Under the pieces are notes generated by a model that ran no database searches, had not been told where the DNA came from, and was given only the letters and a program-made list of their open reading frames with translations. From assembly GCA_964247055.1 (NCBI GenBank), contig OZ176057.1:1674001-1738000 (forward strand): 64,000 nt of DNA, given 5' to 3'. Of the stretch, positions 37,029 to 49,599 are shown one piece after another. Made by a program: the position numbers and the translations under genes. The DNA comes from Paragordius varius. Its lineage: Eukaryota; Animalia; Nematomorpha. Positions within the stretch are counted from its first letter, which is position 1. Every line of letters starts with the position of its first letter.

Positions 37029-40000
37029 AGTAAAGCGGTCTGGGGTTCGCTGGCATTGTGCATACCGGGGTTTAGGCGTGTCTATATTCGTTGTTGGAGA
37101 TGCGTTATTATGATGTGTTGCTATGCCTATCGTCGATGGATGTATATTATTGTTTCGGTTTCAAGATCTGGTGGAATAGAGGTATTTTCTTCTGAATTAA
37201 TTGGTGTTTCGGGAGCTGGCGTAGTTGTTCTCGATTCCATTCTTTGCTTTTATCAGCGTTTTTCTGAGGACTCTGTCGGTTTCGTCTGTTACCGTATATG
37301 ACAATGGACCCCTGCGTTCTAATACTTCCCCTGCCCTCCATCCTTTTTCTAGTTCATTCTTTATAAAAACCTTCTCCCTTGGAACGAATTGGCGAGTCGG
37401 TTTTGTTTCATTGTCGATAAACTCAGTTGTTTGCGATTTGAGCCATGACATTGGACCATTTGGGTGTCTCTTCAGAAAGACTTGCGATGGTGTATTCATA
37501 ATGGCACTGTGTGTTGAATTTCGATAGTCATATAAAATCATGTTGATTGCCTCGTGGGCATGCATTGTTTGCGTTTTCGTAGCTCTATATCTAATTTTTA
37601 GTGCAATATATCTTTCAACCAATCCTTTGAACTTGGGATGGTATGGGCTCACTAAAATATGTTTTATATTAAAATTATGTAAGGTACTTTTCATGGGATT
37701 TAAAATATGGCCCATTATCAGTGACTATCTGTCTCGGGAAACCAAATCTGGCCATATGTTTTTATAAACAATTTAATAATTGTTGAGAGGTTATTGATGT
37801 GAGTAAATTCTCAACTCATCTTGACGCTATCAATGGTGACTAACCAAAACAACCATCTATGGGTCCGGCTGTGTCGATGTGAGTTCTCTCCCACAACGCG
37901 GTGTTGAAATTCCATTTCAACGTTGGATTTTCCTTTATATTAGGCTTGTTTCTTTGACACGGTTCGCTTGTTTCGACAAAATTTTCTAAATCTCTTTCTA
38001 AGTTTGGCCAATACATGGATTGGCTTGCTTGTTGTTTCATCGGTTGTCCTCCGTTAAGTCCAATGTAGGAATTTCATTACCTCCCGCTGCAAGGATGTGG
38101 GTATTAATACTGTCATTTACAAATAAAAGATTATAGTATAATTGAATTTCATTTTTTACTTTCAGGAATTCTTTGATACTTGGATCACTCCAATCATTTG
38201 TTTTAATTGCTGATTTAAGTTTGTTTGCCAATGGATCTAACATTATCTCATTTTCCACTAACTCTTTACTTAGATTAAATTTATTCATAGTTAAAAATTT
38301 TACCGTGTGTGATAATTCATCATCTTCATTTTGCACCTCCATGGTTTTATCATTATTTGGTAATCTGGATAGAGCGTCGGCTAAAATGTTTTGCCCTTTT
38401 TTATATTCGATTTCATAGTCGTACCCCGATGTTTTATAGATCCATCTAAGAAGTTTAGCATTATTAATATTTTGTAAATTTCGAGTTCGACCAAATAGCC
38501 CGAATAAATTTTCTATCATATATAAATGGTTTAAATATTTCTATAGCATACGTAATAGCTTCTGCTTCTTTCTCTATTGTTGAATAATAGGTTTCGGCAT
38601 CGGTATGTTTGCGTGAGGCGTATGATATGGGACGCTTTCCTTCCGGGGTAATATGTAGTAAAATCGCTTCAAATCCCTTGTTTGATGCATCTGTTTCTAT
38701 TAGTATCGGCCAATTTGGGTTATACGGTATTAATGTATTGTAATTTATCATTAGTTGTTTTGCGGATTGTAACTCCTCTTCTTCTAACTCGGTTCAGGCC
38801 CATGGTCTAACTGGACCTGTGTTTCTGTTAAGGTTGCATATCGCTTGATGGAGATTTAGCATGAATCTTTCGTGAAAGTTTAGCAGTTCTAAAAATGATC
38901 TCAGTTCTGTCTTATTGGTGGGTCTCGGACAATTGATCAAACCTTGAATTTTGTAATTGGTTGGACGAATTCCATTCTTTAAATTTCATATCCCATGTAA
39001 TTGACAGATGAAACGGCAAGTTGCAATTTGTCTCTGCTCAGTTTTAACTCTGCACCTTCCAATCGTTGTAATACCCTGGTCAATGTGGCATCATATTCGA
39101 TTCTTGCTTTACCTGATATTAATATGTCATCTAAATAGATCATAACCTGGTATATCACCAATCAAATTATCCATGATTCATTGAAATATATGAGGGGCAG
39201 TAGTCAACCCAAATGGAAGTCGTTGGTAACAATAAAAATTTTAATGGGTAGTTATGGTCAGTAGTGGTTGTGATGATTGTTGTATGGGAATTCAGGGAAG
39301 CATCTTTCAGATCTAGTGACGTAAAAACTGTCCCTTGAGCTGTTCTTGAAATTAGTTCATCAAAGGTGGGGATTATGTGGGAATTGGGTAGCAACTGAGG
39401 ATTGATGCGGATTCAGAAATCCGCACATATCCTTATTTGGCCATTTGGTTTTAATATATTTATTGTTTGTGTGGCCCAAGATATACGCTCCCTATTTGGG
39501 TCGATTTTTCTCAGGATACCTAGTTCTATCAATCTATCTAGCTCATCCACATGTTCTTGCAAGGGTAGGGGAACTCTCCTGCAGGGGTATATTTTGGGTA
39601 TTACATTATTTTTTATCGCAATCGATACCTCCATATTCTTAAGACAGCCTAACCCGTCCGAGAACAACCTATTATACTGGTTATATATAGATTTATTAGT
39701 TATATTGTTAATCATCACATTATTGGGTAAATTTAAATCAAATGCACGAATCCAAGGGAGACCAAAAAAAATTGTCTATCGCCCTCGGTTACAAAACATT
39801 AAGGATTTTTGTGATACCGTTCCTTGTTACGCTTAATTCATTACCGATGGTCGGGATTGTTTCGTTATTGTATGCGGATAGTCTCTGTGCTACATCTAGT
39901 CGTGGTTGTCCAATTGATCAGCTTCTGTATTGATAACCGTCACATCAGCACATGTGTCAAATAACATTGTTGTTTCTATTCCGTTTAGTTGCACGGTTAT

Positions 40001-40710
40001 TGTTGGGCCCATCCCAACTGAATTTGTCATACTGCAAGTCTTTGCAGAATGGTTATATTTTCCGCACTTATAGCATCGTTGACCCTTTGCATTGCATTTA
40101 TCATCGCATGACATTTGCCACATCTTTAGCAGTCTCTTTGGTGTATGATTCTTTCTTGGTGGATTTTCACACTTTCGGTTCAATCACTTCGAGGGATCTT
40201 GCCATATCTAGTATCATTTGTAGTGACACTAGTTCGCCTTCATTTTGACCCGTGGGGAATCTTATATTTAATTCCCGTTCTAGGATTGGCATATTTAGTC
40301 CTATCAAGAAAATATCTCTTAATAAGCATGCTATATTGCCTTCAAAATCACAATCGTCAGCTATTACTTTAAATCTTTCCATATAACGCATGATTGACTC
40401 GCCTTCATGTCTTGTTGTTTTAAAGAATTTTTTCCGACTTAGCCATAACTTTTTTCCGGGACAAAGATTTGAAATGCCAATTTATGAATCTGAGGCCATG
40501 TCATATCTTCTATTTTGGTTGGGAATGCTTGATTTTCCAGTTTCGAGATTGTCCTGAGTCCTGCATACGCAAGGAATAAGATTTTTGATATTTCATCATT
40601 AGAATTAATGTTTTTAGCGATTAAAATGCGATTCACTTGCTTGTGTATTGTTTAAAATTGTGTTTGGATCGTATTCGTTAATACTGATTTTTAGAAATTC
40701 GTTTTCCATT

Positions 40711-40723
40711 GGTCACGGCACGA
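40711..40723 (-). promoter_or_regulatory. Primer-binding site, tRNA-His-like
   Basis: TCGTGCCGTGACC after the 5' LTR; one mismatch from TGGTGCCGTGAC, the complement of the tRNA-His 3' end. Confidence 0.6.
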
Positions 40724-41409
40724 AAGAAGGTGTTTAAAATAGAAACGACATATAATTTATTATCTCAAATTTAGTACACTTATTAAATTGCTTAGTGGTG
40801 GTACAGGTGTATTTATATATTTTAGCAAGGATTAATTACAATAATAAATTAGAATACTATTCGTATCAAATACAATGTCATATAAAATATCCATATATAT
40901 AATAGTAATTATATTACTTATTAAATACAATGTCGTATAATAATTTAACTTAAGGTTATAAACTTGGCAACTAAATTAGAATACTATTTGTACAAACAAT
41001 GTCATATAAAATATAAATAAAAATAATTTAACTTTTATAACCAATTAACAGGAGCACTTACTAAAAATATTTAAATAACTTTATTGAGTCAACCGTAAGG
41101 GCCAAAACCAAATCACCAAGCTACTGATATATTTTCTATCAGAATATATATATTGCATCATATTTTTATACCCCCAGTTTTGGACGCAATATTATATAAG
41201 TGGCATCTACCGTAACTGAATCTTTACAAAAACTTTACCAATTTAAATTTACGCGCATTTGAAATCATGCTCTGCGAGGTTTTCCCCATTGATAAGAACA
41301 GGTTCAATTAATTTTTTTTATTATAATGTTCATGTCAGAATTTTAACGCATTAATGCTCAATATTATCTTAAAAAATCATGTGTTCGGCGCACATGAATA
41401 AATTAATAG

Positions 41410-41920
41410 CCTAAGAACATAATTATCAGATGACGCTAAGTCAAGAGAGTATGGCGTATGCGGAAGAAATCTGTATTTAAGTGTTTTTAAGGTGTTTCTC
41501 AATGTTTTGCTGTGTGAGATAAGCTTTGGGATGTGGGAAATTATTCTTTTGGGCCGATTCCGGTCATTTTTGGATTAATTTCTGGTTAGAATTCACCAGG
41601 TTTTAAAAGTTTGCAATAAATAATACAGCTTTCCCAGCAGATAAAAGGTCTTGTTTCAGAAGCGATATGACTTTGCTGAAGATGGACCGGTTGAGGTAAA
41701 AGCCATAATTTTATCGTTTATAATAATCTACAATATAAAACCATTTCTGATCACCCGTCACAATTTGTAAATAACCATCTTTTGTGACGTTGTGGATTTC
41801 ACAAATACTTCGTGATTATATTCATTTGTTCTAGACTCCTCTACCGAATTTATTGGTGTTTTGCATTTCTCTTAGACAGGGGTGTCTACCACAAATATCT
41901 ACCTGGCTGCTTTGATAATT
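41410..41920 (-). pseudogene. mariner transposase remnant (catalytic part), duplicate copy 1
   Basis: QIVTGDQKWFY and a decayed P.YS.DLA.SD (YSPDLAPSD-like) motif. Confidence 0.8.
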
Positions 41921-42009
41921 TAATGTAAGCTGATATTTTGAACTTGGGCGCAGTACAAAATTAAAACATACTTTGCCTGTTTTTACACCATTGGTGTGGT
42001 ATATTACAC

Positions 42010-42730
42010 AGTTTCCACAAAAAATATCCTGATAAATATATAATTTCTGATAGTAAAATATCAGGATATCATAAAGCTTTCGGTTTTAACCTCTAGGAGT
42101 TAACTTTTGTAGTAGGTTCTCCGTATATAATTGCAAACGGTGCGAAATTTTTTCAAATATATTTTTGTGAAAGCTAGATGCTTTATTTCAAAAAATATCA
42201 CTTAAATATAACATAAACTACATATAAAACGCAAAAAATATTTTTAAAAATTTAAATTTTTTGATGTGAACTCTGAAAGTCCCAAATTTTTTGGCTCTTT
42301 TAAAATGGAATGTTCTCCTAAAATACAGGCAAAAATTCCGACATTGTGCAATAATTTTAATATATTAAATTTTGAAATCAACTAAATATATTTTTTAAAA
42401 AATGCACGCTTTCAAAAATTTAATTTTTAGCAAAATTTGTTCAAGGGTAATTCATATATTTTTAACAAGATGAAAATTATAATATATTATATATATGATT
42501 GGATAATGCTAATTCTCAATAGAAATTTTGATTAAAATATTGGTTCATTTTCAAATTTATGTTAAATAAAATTATGTTTTTTACCAAAACTCACCAAATG
42601 TAAGCTAATTCTTTAAATTAAACATCGAAACCTATGGTAGTTAAACATTATCGAATTATTTAGAAAAGGGATTTATTATATCTTAAAGTGTTATACCGTT
42701 TCCATCATGCTTCAAAATCATTCGAAGTAC
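42010..42730. mobile_element. Partial long-TIR foldback element within an insertion that splits the mariner fossil
   Basis: tttccacaaaaatatcctgat..., gatgtgaactctgaaagtccc..., ccgtttccatcatgc match 11925-12620. Confidence 0.65.
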
Positions 42731-43469
42731 GGTTCAACAAGATATATAAAATTTATTTACCAAAAATAAGAAAACTAATAAAAATCAAAGGGAAAATTAA
42801 GTAATATCATACCTGCCACCTAATGAGTATAAAAAACGTAAAAACTCTTAAAATTTTAATACGAAAAAAAGGTTATTTCGAAATCATATGCCATATATAA
42901 TAAATTTATACATTTAAGTTACGGGAATAACAATCTTCCATATAATTTTCCGTTTGATAATTATTACAAAAAAATGAACTTTCTAAACTTGATCAAACAT
43001 TGATTCAAAGACCATAAATTAATTTTATTTATTTTAAATTTTGAGGCACCTCTTTTTGCGGAAGCCCTGAGTGAAAGAGCCATTAGCCAGAATCTTACGG
43101 TGTGAAGTCCGAGATTTATAGTATTGCCACGCGCGCAAGGCTGCAATCTTAATTTTTATGTTTTATTCGAGCAGAAAATAAAATTTTAACCAAAATAGGC
43201 CAATTTTAGTTTGTTACCGGAAAATAACCATTTCTTTGCAAGTTATGGGGATCATTTTTATAGAGGGTACTGTATTATGTTCTAAATTAATTTTTTTAAA
43301 AATAAAAGATTATTTTAAAAAATTAAATTTTTTTAATTTAAAAAACCAGTACAAAAGTGGGCGCAGTACAGGCGCAGCGTTTTTCTGGAAACCCCTACTG
43401 TACTGCGAAAAACAGCCTATTTAATCACATTTTGATAAATAATGATTTTTTGATTTTGAACCCTGGATG

Positions 43470-43830
43470 ATATAATTCTAAATAATCATAAATTTTTGAT
43501 TTTTTAATTTATTTTAACATATTTTAGAGCACTTTTTTGGACCGAAAAGCGCGCTAAACACTGCTCTTCTTTATGATACACTGGAATGTATTTGCCAATT
43601 ATTTTAATTTTAGGTTGGAGCAACATCCAATTACTATTGCTCTTTACCGTCTTCGCAGTTGTGTGCTGTATCAGAGCACCCACACTCTTACACAGGAAGT
43701 TAACGAAAAACCTGATTTTACATGTGTTAATTTATAAAGCATCACCATTTGTGTATGCCAGCAAGAGACAAAAAGCCTTCTTCTTATAATGTGTAAACGT
43801 CCTTTTTCAGTCACAGAATTCAATATAATT
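43470..43830 (-). pseudogene. Probable N-terminal part of the same mariner remnant
   Basis: Contiguous with the catalytic part in copy 2 (60170-60530); weak AY..GDAL...TC..F similarity to the mariner HTH region. Confidence 0.4.
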
Positions 43831-44303
43831 ATTAAATTATAAAAAAACCTCTTCTTTTTTGCAACTTGTGTATTTTTGTCGTCAAATTATCAAAATGGAG
43901 TTAGTAAAATTACCGTCTGGGTACTTTTTGCCGATTTCCTCTAATACTTCTACTTAACTACATTTGGTAAGTGCGGTGTGGAGCATTAAATTTTTTAAAA
44001 TTGTTTCACATTGTCCAGATACATTTGATAGCTGCTATTTAAGTTATATAGTTTTTGTGCTGAATGCTACAATGCGACGAATTTCATCGTACGTTTATTT
44101 GTCTGAATTATTATTTATATATTTAGGCAGATATAAAATAACAGAAGCTATGTTTTTTATTCTTTGATTCGTGCAAAAGCAATATTTAAATAATACACAT
44201 GAAGTCAAAAAAAAATACTAAATTATTTATAAGTATGGCCCCCATATTCTGTCAATCCATTATTTTATTTATACACAATAATATAATTTTACTTAGCTAA
44301 AAC

Positions 44304-45329
44304 ATGGATCCAAATATGTTTTACTTCGATTTAATTGATAAAATTTCAGTATGGTGGAAACCCTTAAATGCTGCTTTAACCATTTTATATATCCTGAAAA
44401 TTTTTATCCTTCCTAAAATTCTACCTTTGGTGCACAATGTTGCCACGTATTTATTATGCGAAAAAACTTGGAGGATTTCATATTATAGCCATGTAAGGAA
44501 AATTATACAAGCTGTATGCGACAAATGTGACAATTTTGCAAACACTCATAAGCAGCATCTCGTTTCAACACTAGATATACCAAACACGTTGATGCAACTT
44601 TGGATCGCGCTTCAGAGTTTGCATATGCTTGTTGAATGGGAAGTATATGTTTTACCAAGAATCAAAGATCCTTATGGATTGGCTCTGTTCAGACAATATA
44701 TATCTGTATGCATGAGTCTTACAACCTTTGGTCAAATTATAGTATATGCCTGGCAATGTAACGCAATATTTGGATTACAAAGTGTGATAAATGCTATTGG
44801 ATTCACCAATTATATATATGGAATGACAAATAGTCTTATCCCAATCAAAAAACATATTAAGGCATTTTTTCTTTACACGTATATTGGATTTCTATATTTT
44901 ATACAACCTGAATTGCATACGCCTAAAATAATGGACGATTACCGAAAGATTCTGAAATTCTATTTAAATTGGAATTTTAGATTAGGGTTAGCCATGCTTG
45001 TTTTTGGCGTTTTTAGCCTATTAACACTATGTTACCAAACCTCCAAAGAATTTAATCAAAACAACGGAAACTTTAATATATATACACTACGTTTGCACGA
45101 AACCCATGAACTCTCACGTTGTTACCGAAAATTCATGATTTGTAAAAAAATTCTTTTTACACTAAAAAAATTAGACAAAAGTTTGGGTTTTTTTTTGATA
45201 ATTCAATCTTTATCCATTTTTTTATCAGCGTTTTTTGAAAGTTTTTCTTACAAATCATATTTTCATGAATTTTTACTTTATAGCATCAAATCTTCTGCAG
45301 TGTTAATCCTTCTTTTTAAACAATTTTGA
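44304..45329 (+). CDS. Intronless 341-aa multi-pass membrane protein, family unknown (possibly chemoreceptor-like)
   Basis: 1026-nt ORF in very AT-rich DNA; 6-7 hydrophobic segments; intact paralog at 61054. Confidence 0.75.
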   Translation: MDPNMFYFDLIDKISVWWKPLNAALTILYILKIFILPKILPLVHNVATYLLCEKTWRISYYSHVRKIIQAVCDKCDNFANTHKQHLVSTLDIPNTLMQLWIALQSLHMLVEWEVYVLPRIKDPYGLALFRQYISVCMSLTTFGQIIVYAWQCNAIFGLQSVINAIGFTNYIYGMTNSLIPIKKHIKAFFLYTYIGFLYFIQPELHTPKIMDDYRKILKFYLNWNFRLGLAMLVFGVFSLLTLCYQTSKEFNQNNGNFNIYTLRLHETHELSRCYRKFMICKKILFTLKKLDKSLGFFLIIQSLSIFLSAFFESFSYKSYFHEFLLYSIKSSAVLILLFKQF

Positions 45330-47425
45330 TAGTTAGCGCTTACTTATAGCATTGTTTGGATTAACAATAAAAATGTAATTATATGTTAAAACGTCAAATT
45401 AAAAGACAACCATATCTTATTAAAGAAACCACATTTTTGGATCTGAATTTTTAAAGAATTCAATTTTGTTAAGCGAAATGAGAATCAATATGTAAATTGG
45501 TTATACACTTACTTAAATAAAACTGTAATATATATAGTGTATGTATGAAAAATTAGATTTTGGAAAAGGTATGGTTTACCTCTTCATATTAAAATATTAA
45601 TTTTTGCGTTTTGTATCAATTTCGCTTCTTACTGTATATATATATATATATCATCATTAGATCAAACTCTTCATGACATCTTTGTTGTTCGTGTCAAAAA
45701 TATTTATTCATTCAACTGTATTTCAATAAATTGCTTTTAAAAAATATATTTTGATTCCATCAAAACATTTTTTTATTTTCGAAATCCATCTAATTTGAGT
45801 GTAATAAGCTGTTAGCAGAAGAGTGCAGTTCTGATTTTTAATATGCGTCCTGTGCAAATTTTTGTCTGTTTTTAAAATTAATTTTAAGCTTACAAATAAT
45901 GTTTTCTAAAAGATTTGTGGTAAAACCTCAGACTGCATAAATCATATCATAATGGCTTATAACATTTTGAGAGTAATGGTAAAAATATAGACACAATATT
46001 CAGAAATTGACCAATAATATTTTTTAAAAAACTAACATATTATTAAACGCTGATTTTTATTGTTTTAAATCACATCCATAGTGGCATTTACATTCGTTTG
46101 TACCAACACAATCATATATTTCTATTACGATATTTTCGGCATGATTTATCGGGTTTTTTATTTTTTGGGGTTTGTTACAGTAGTAATTTATACCTGCCAG
46201 TTTTTCATTTATTTCCAGATAAGTTATCTTATACAGTAAAGGGCAAAGTTATTGCTTTAAGTTAGTTTTGAATTTTATATCTGTTCAATAAAAATTATCT
46301 TTCTATATTTTATCTTAGGCAATAATAAATTTTAACAGCATGTGAAATGGCATAATTGCGTCTTTATCAATTAATTTGATCATTTTTAGATATATATATA
46401 TATGTGCGTGGATTGTAAACACTATTCAACAAAATACGGAAAAATTTATTAAATGCTAAAATAAATTTAAAGATGATTTATTCCATTCATTAATCTTTGA
46501 TCACCATCAAAATTTTTATTCTGCATATTTTGTGGATAACGTTCACATTTACATTTTTTACGGTATTTCTTATTCATTTTTATTAATTTACATATTGAGC
46601 TTTCTTTGCTATATATTTTATCAATATTTTGTGCGGAGAAAGTGTCATTATTTAGAGGATTTGGTTTTATCAAAGTGTTTTGTAAGGTATTCTATATGGT
46701 TGCGTTTGAATCGTTATCTTTCAATATCTCTAGATTTCTGAATAATCAAAAAAGAATATTAGTTCAGCTATTTTAAGAAAAGAAATTTGGATATATTTTT
46801 TATTTTTTTGAATTGAAGGCCCAAAAAAGTTTTAATCAATTATAAACGATTAAAGAATCTGAATAAATGGTTCATCAGCTTCCCAATATTATTCTATTAT
46901 AGAGATATTAAAACTATAATCTTCAGTAGCAGTCCTTTTTATGATTGACCATGAATAATAATAGAAATTTAAATCTTAAGGTAATTTTTTAAATGTTATT
47001 TTACTAAACTTTTATCATCAACATTAATAATATATTTATCTCATATCTAATGAAGACAAGGCATATGCCCTCAATTGTCAATCTTACACTAAAAGATATA
47101 AATATTTTCATGATACTCATGGCTGAGTGCCATTAAAAATAAGAAAAAATTAAAAACTTATACTACTAGTTAATGAATTCTAATAAAATTTCAGCTTAAA
47201 AATTTTCTTATCCATTCAATTTTTAGAACGAAACCAATCGATTATGCCATTTGATACGACCAATATTTTATTAGCGAAAGTTATTTAGCCAATTTTAATA
47301 CACAAAAAAAGCAACATTTTTTCAGCCAAACGCAATATTTTTTCAACCAAACTCATTATTTTTTAGCAAAGACAACTGAAATGTTGCGTTTGCAAAAATT
47401 GTAGATATCATTCTGTGCCAGTTAA

Positions 47426-47957
47426 CACTGTGTGCAAAATTTTAAATTTTTTTTTCATTAGATAGCTTATGACCAGCGTATTCATTTGCCGTAAAAATTT
47501 TTATTTGACGTACTTTTTGAGATATTGAGAGAAAATTGAAATTGGGCAAAAAGTGAAAATTAAGGTTATTTTATGATAAACTCAAAAAATAATAATAAAA
47601 TTTGAGATATTATGGTTTATTTCATAAAAAAATATTTGTCAAGAGTGTTAAAAGAAAAACGCCATCTTTTGACCTGAGATTTTATAGAAACCTTAACTTT
47701 ATGATTTTAGGCTCTTTATATTATAAAAATATCTCACATAAAATGATAATAGACCATGATCTCTCAAATCTTATCATTATTTTTTGAATTATCCTTAAGT
47801 ATCTTTAAATTTCAATTTTTGCCCGATTTCGATTTTCTCTCCATATTTCAAAAAGGTTGTCAACAAATAAAAAAATTTGCGGCAAATTTACGCTTCATAA
47901 GCTATCTCATAAGAAAAATTTTTGTTAAAAAAATTAACCCTCTTTTTGCACACAGTG
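47426..47957. mobile_element. Palindromic MITE, ~530 bp (Tc1/mariner-like ends)
   Basis: TIR cactgtgtgcaaaa / ttttgcacacagtg; internal inverted blocks gatagcttatga / tcataagctatc and 47517-47560 / 47812-47855. Confidence 0.8.
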
Positions 47958-49599
47958 GTAATGGTATAATACTAATAGAGCTTTTTTGATAAAAGAAACT
48001 TACCAGCTTAATCAATGAATAAAAATTGGGGTTCACATAACAGATGTACAATAAACCCAAAAAAAGTTATTATTAATTTTTATTTATGAATCAAATATGT
48101 TATTTTGTATTTGTAAAGAATATTTCTATTTGATTTCATAGGTTCGACTAAACTATACCATCTATCCAAAAATCAGAATGGAAATTTTTCAAAAAATCGT
48201 AGTTGTTTACGGCGATTTATGTATAGAATTAATTTATCATTTGTAATATTATATGATAAAGATTTGATGTTACTCTATCTCTATAGTTTTTTTTAAAAAC
48301 TGATAGTAGTAATTTTCCTAGCCTTAAGATCCTTCAAAACAAAAAATAACGAAATCTAATAAAATACCTTGGATTATAAATTTTGCATTGCAAAATAATT
48401 ATTATATAATTATTTATGTTTATTGGAATACAAGTTTATATATTAATGTTATTATATGTTAATTTTCAAAGATAATTGTAAAATGTTAAACATTTAAACA
48501 AAAGATTATACTGAAATTTTAAAAAAAACGTGACTAGTTTACATATGCTTTTTATCTTGCCTACACGCGACTCCCATTTTTTCTTCGGAGGATCTGAGCG
48601 CTGCTAAATATTCCTGCCCAATTTAAGAATGCGAATATACAACATTTTTGACCCTAGTCAACATAGGTATCTATTACCTATATTCTATAGCTTTCAAGTA
48701 GGTTAAACACGCTTCCCTACATCTCGATATTTCACTATTTAAGACAATTAAATTTGAAATAATTAATTTTAAACTCAATACTTGATGTTAAAATTTTGCG
48801 AGCAATCATAAATTTTTTATTTGAAGATTTCGTTGCATTTGTAAGTTTCCCCTTCTGAACAGATTTATACTTTGCCATTGTAACGTAATTTAGTTTCTGG
48901 TTGACGTGAAAAATAAATCGTTTGTTGTTTAAATTATTCATTGTGAACACCTTTTTTAAATAAATAAATATATATATATTTGAGATTTGCCTGGTTCGTA
49001 AGCTTTCCCTTCACTTTTTTGGTACGGTTATATTTTATGGATAGATTATTATCATGCGATATATAAATGTTGTCATAAAATAATTTAAAAAATGAAATCT
49101 TTTTATAAAGATATAAAATATATGGTTGGTATGAAAATATGGCTAAGCACTGAACCTTACACTCTGTAAATGGTGTGCTTGAGATCTAATGCCAAAACTG
49201 ATTTAAAAATATATTGGCCTGGCCAGCTTATGAATGTATTCAAAAATAGTTTTAACCATGAACTCCGCTTCTTAAAATACTACCAGTCACATTTTATGAT
49301 TAATGGATTATTATTTGATATAATATAATCATGCCCTAGGCAAAAGTTTAAAGTTGACACATTAAATTCGTTGCCCTTATTATAAGATCCAATTATTTAT
49401 TGCCAAAAATCTAATATGTTTAATTTTAAATGCAGTAGTATGGTGTAGTCAAAAGTAACCGGCAAAAACGTCAGTGAAAAGTTTGCAGATGATTAATTTC
49501 ATGACTTTTGTTCATTTACATTATATTCTAATACACACAATTTCAGTTCACCAAAAACTAGCGTCCTATCATTATCATTTATAGATCACGTCGAATTTG

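Larger units (their letters stand above)
36683..41050 (-). mobile_element. Full-length degenerate Ty3/Gypsy LTR retrotransposon, 4368 bp
   Basis: LTRs 36683-37013 and 40724-41050; 5-bp TSD ggagc; gag CYKCGKYNHSAKTC; protease FDTCA; RT RICADF, YLDDILI; RNase H ETDASNKG, YSTIEKEA; integrase YWPNL, HIDTAGP, PYHP; PR-RT-RH-IN order; many stops and frameshifts. Confidence 0.95.
35443..41190. mobile_element. Long-TIR foldback element interrupted by a MITE and a Gypsy element
   Basis: tacacaatgtccacaaa left end; right arm tatggagc|acttac...gggccaaaaccaaa split at the LTR TSD. Confidence 0.7.
41410..47290 (+). repeat. Segmental duplication, copy 1 (partner 59660-63820)
   Basis: Colinear unique-sequence matches from cctaagaacataattatcagatgacgc to gaacgaaaccaatcgatta...gttattt; copy 1 has an extra ~1.5 kb at ~41930-43465. 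Confidence 0.9.

Noticed and set aside
43966-43975. Donor-like ttg|gtaagt upstream of the 44304 ORF
   Set aside because: Not conserved in the duplicate (ttg|gtatac), and no matching acceptor is shared by both copies.
46467-46673. Minus-strand 68-aa ORF in the duplicated block
   Set aside because: Frame is broken in copy 2 (63300-63520) and there is no motif.
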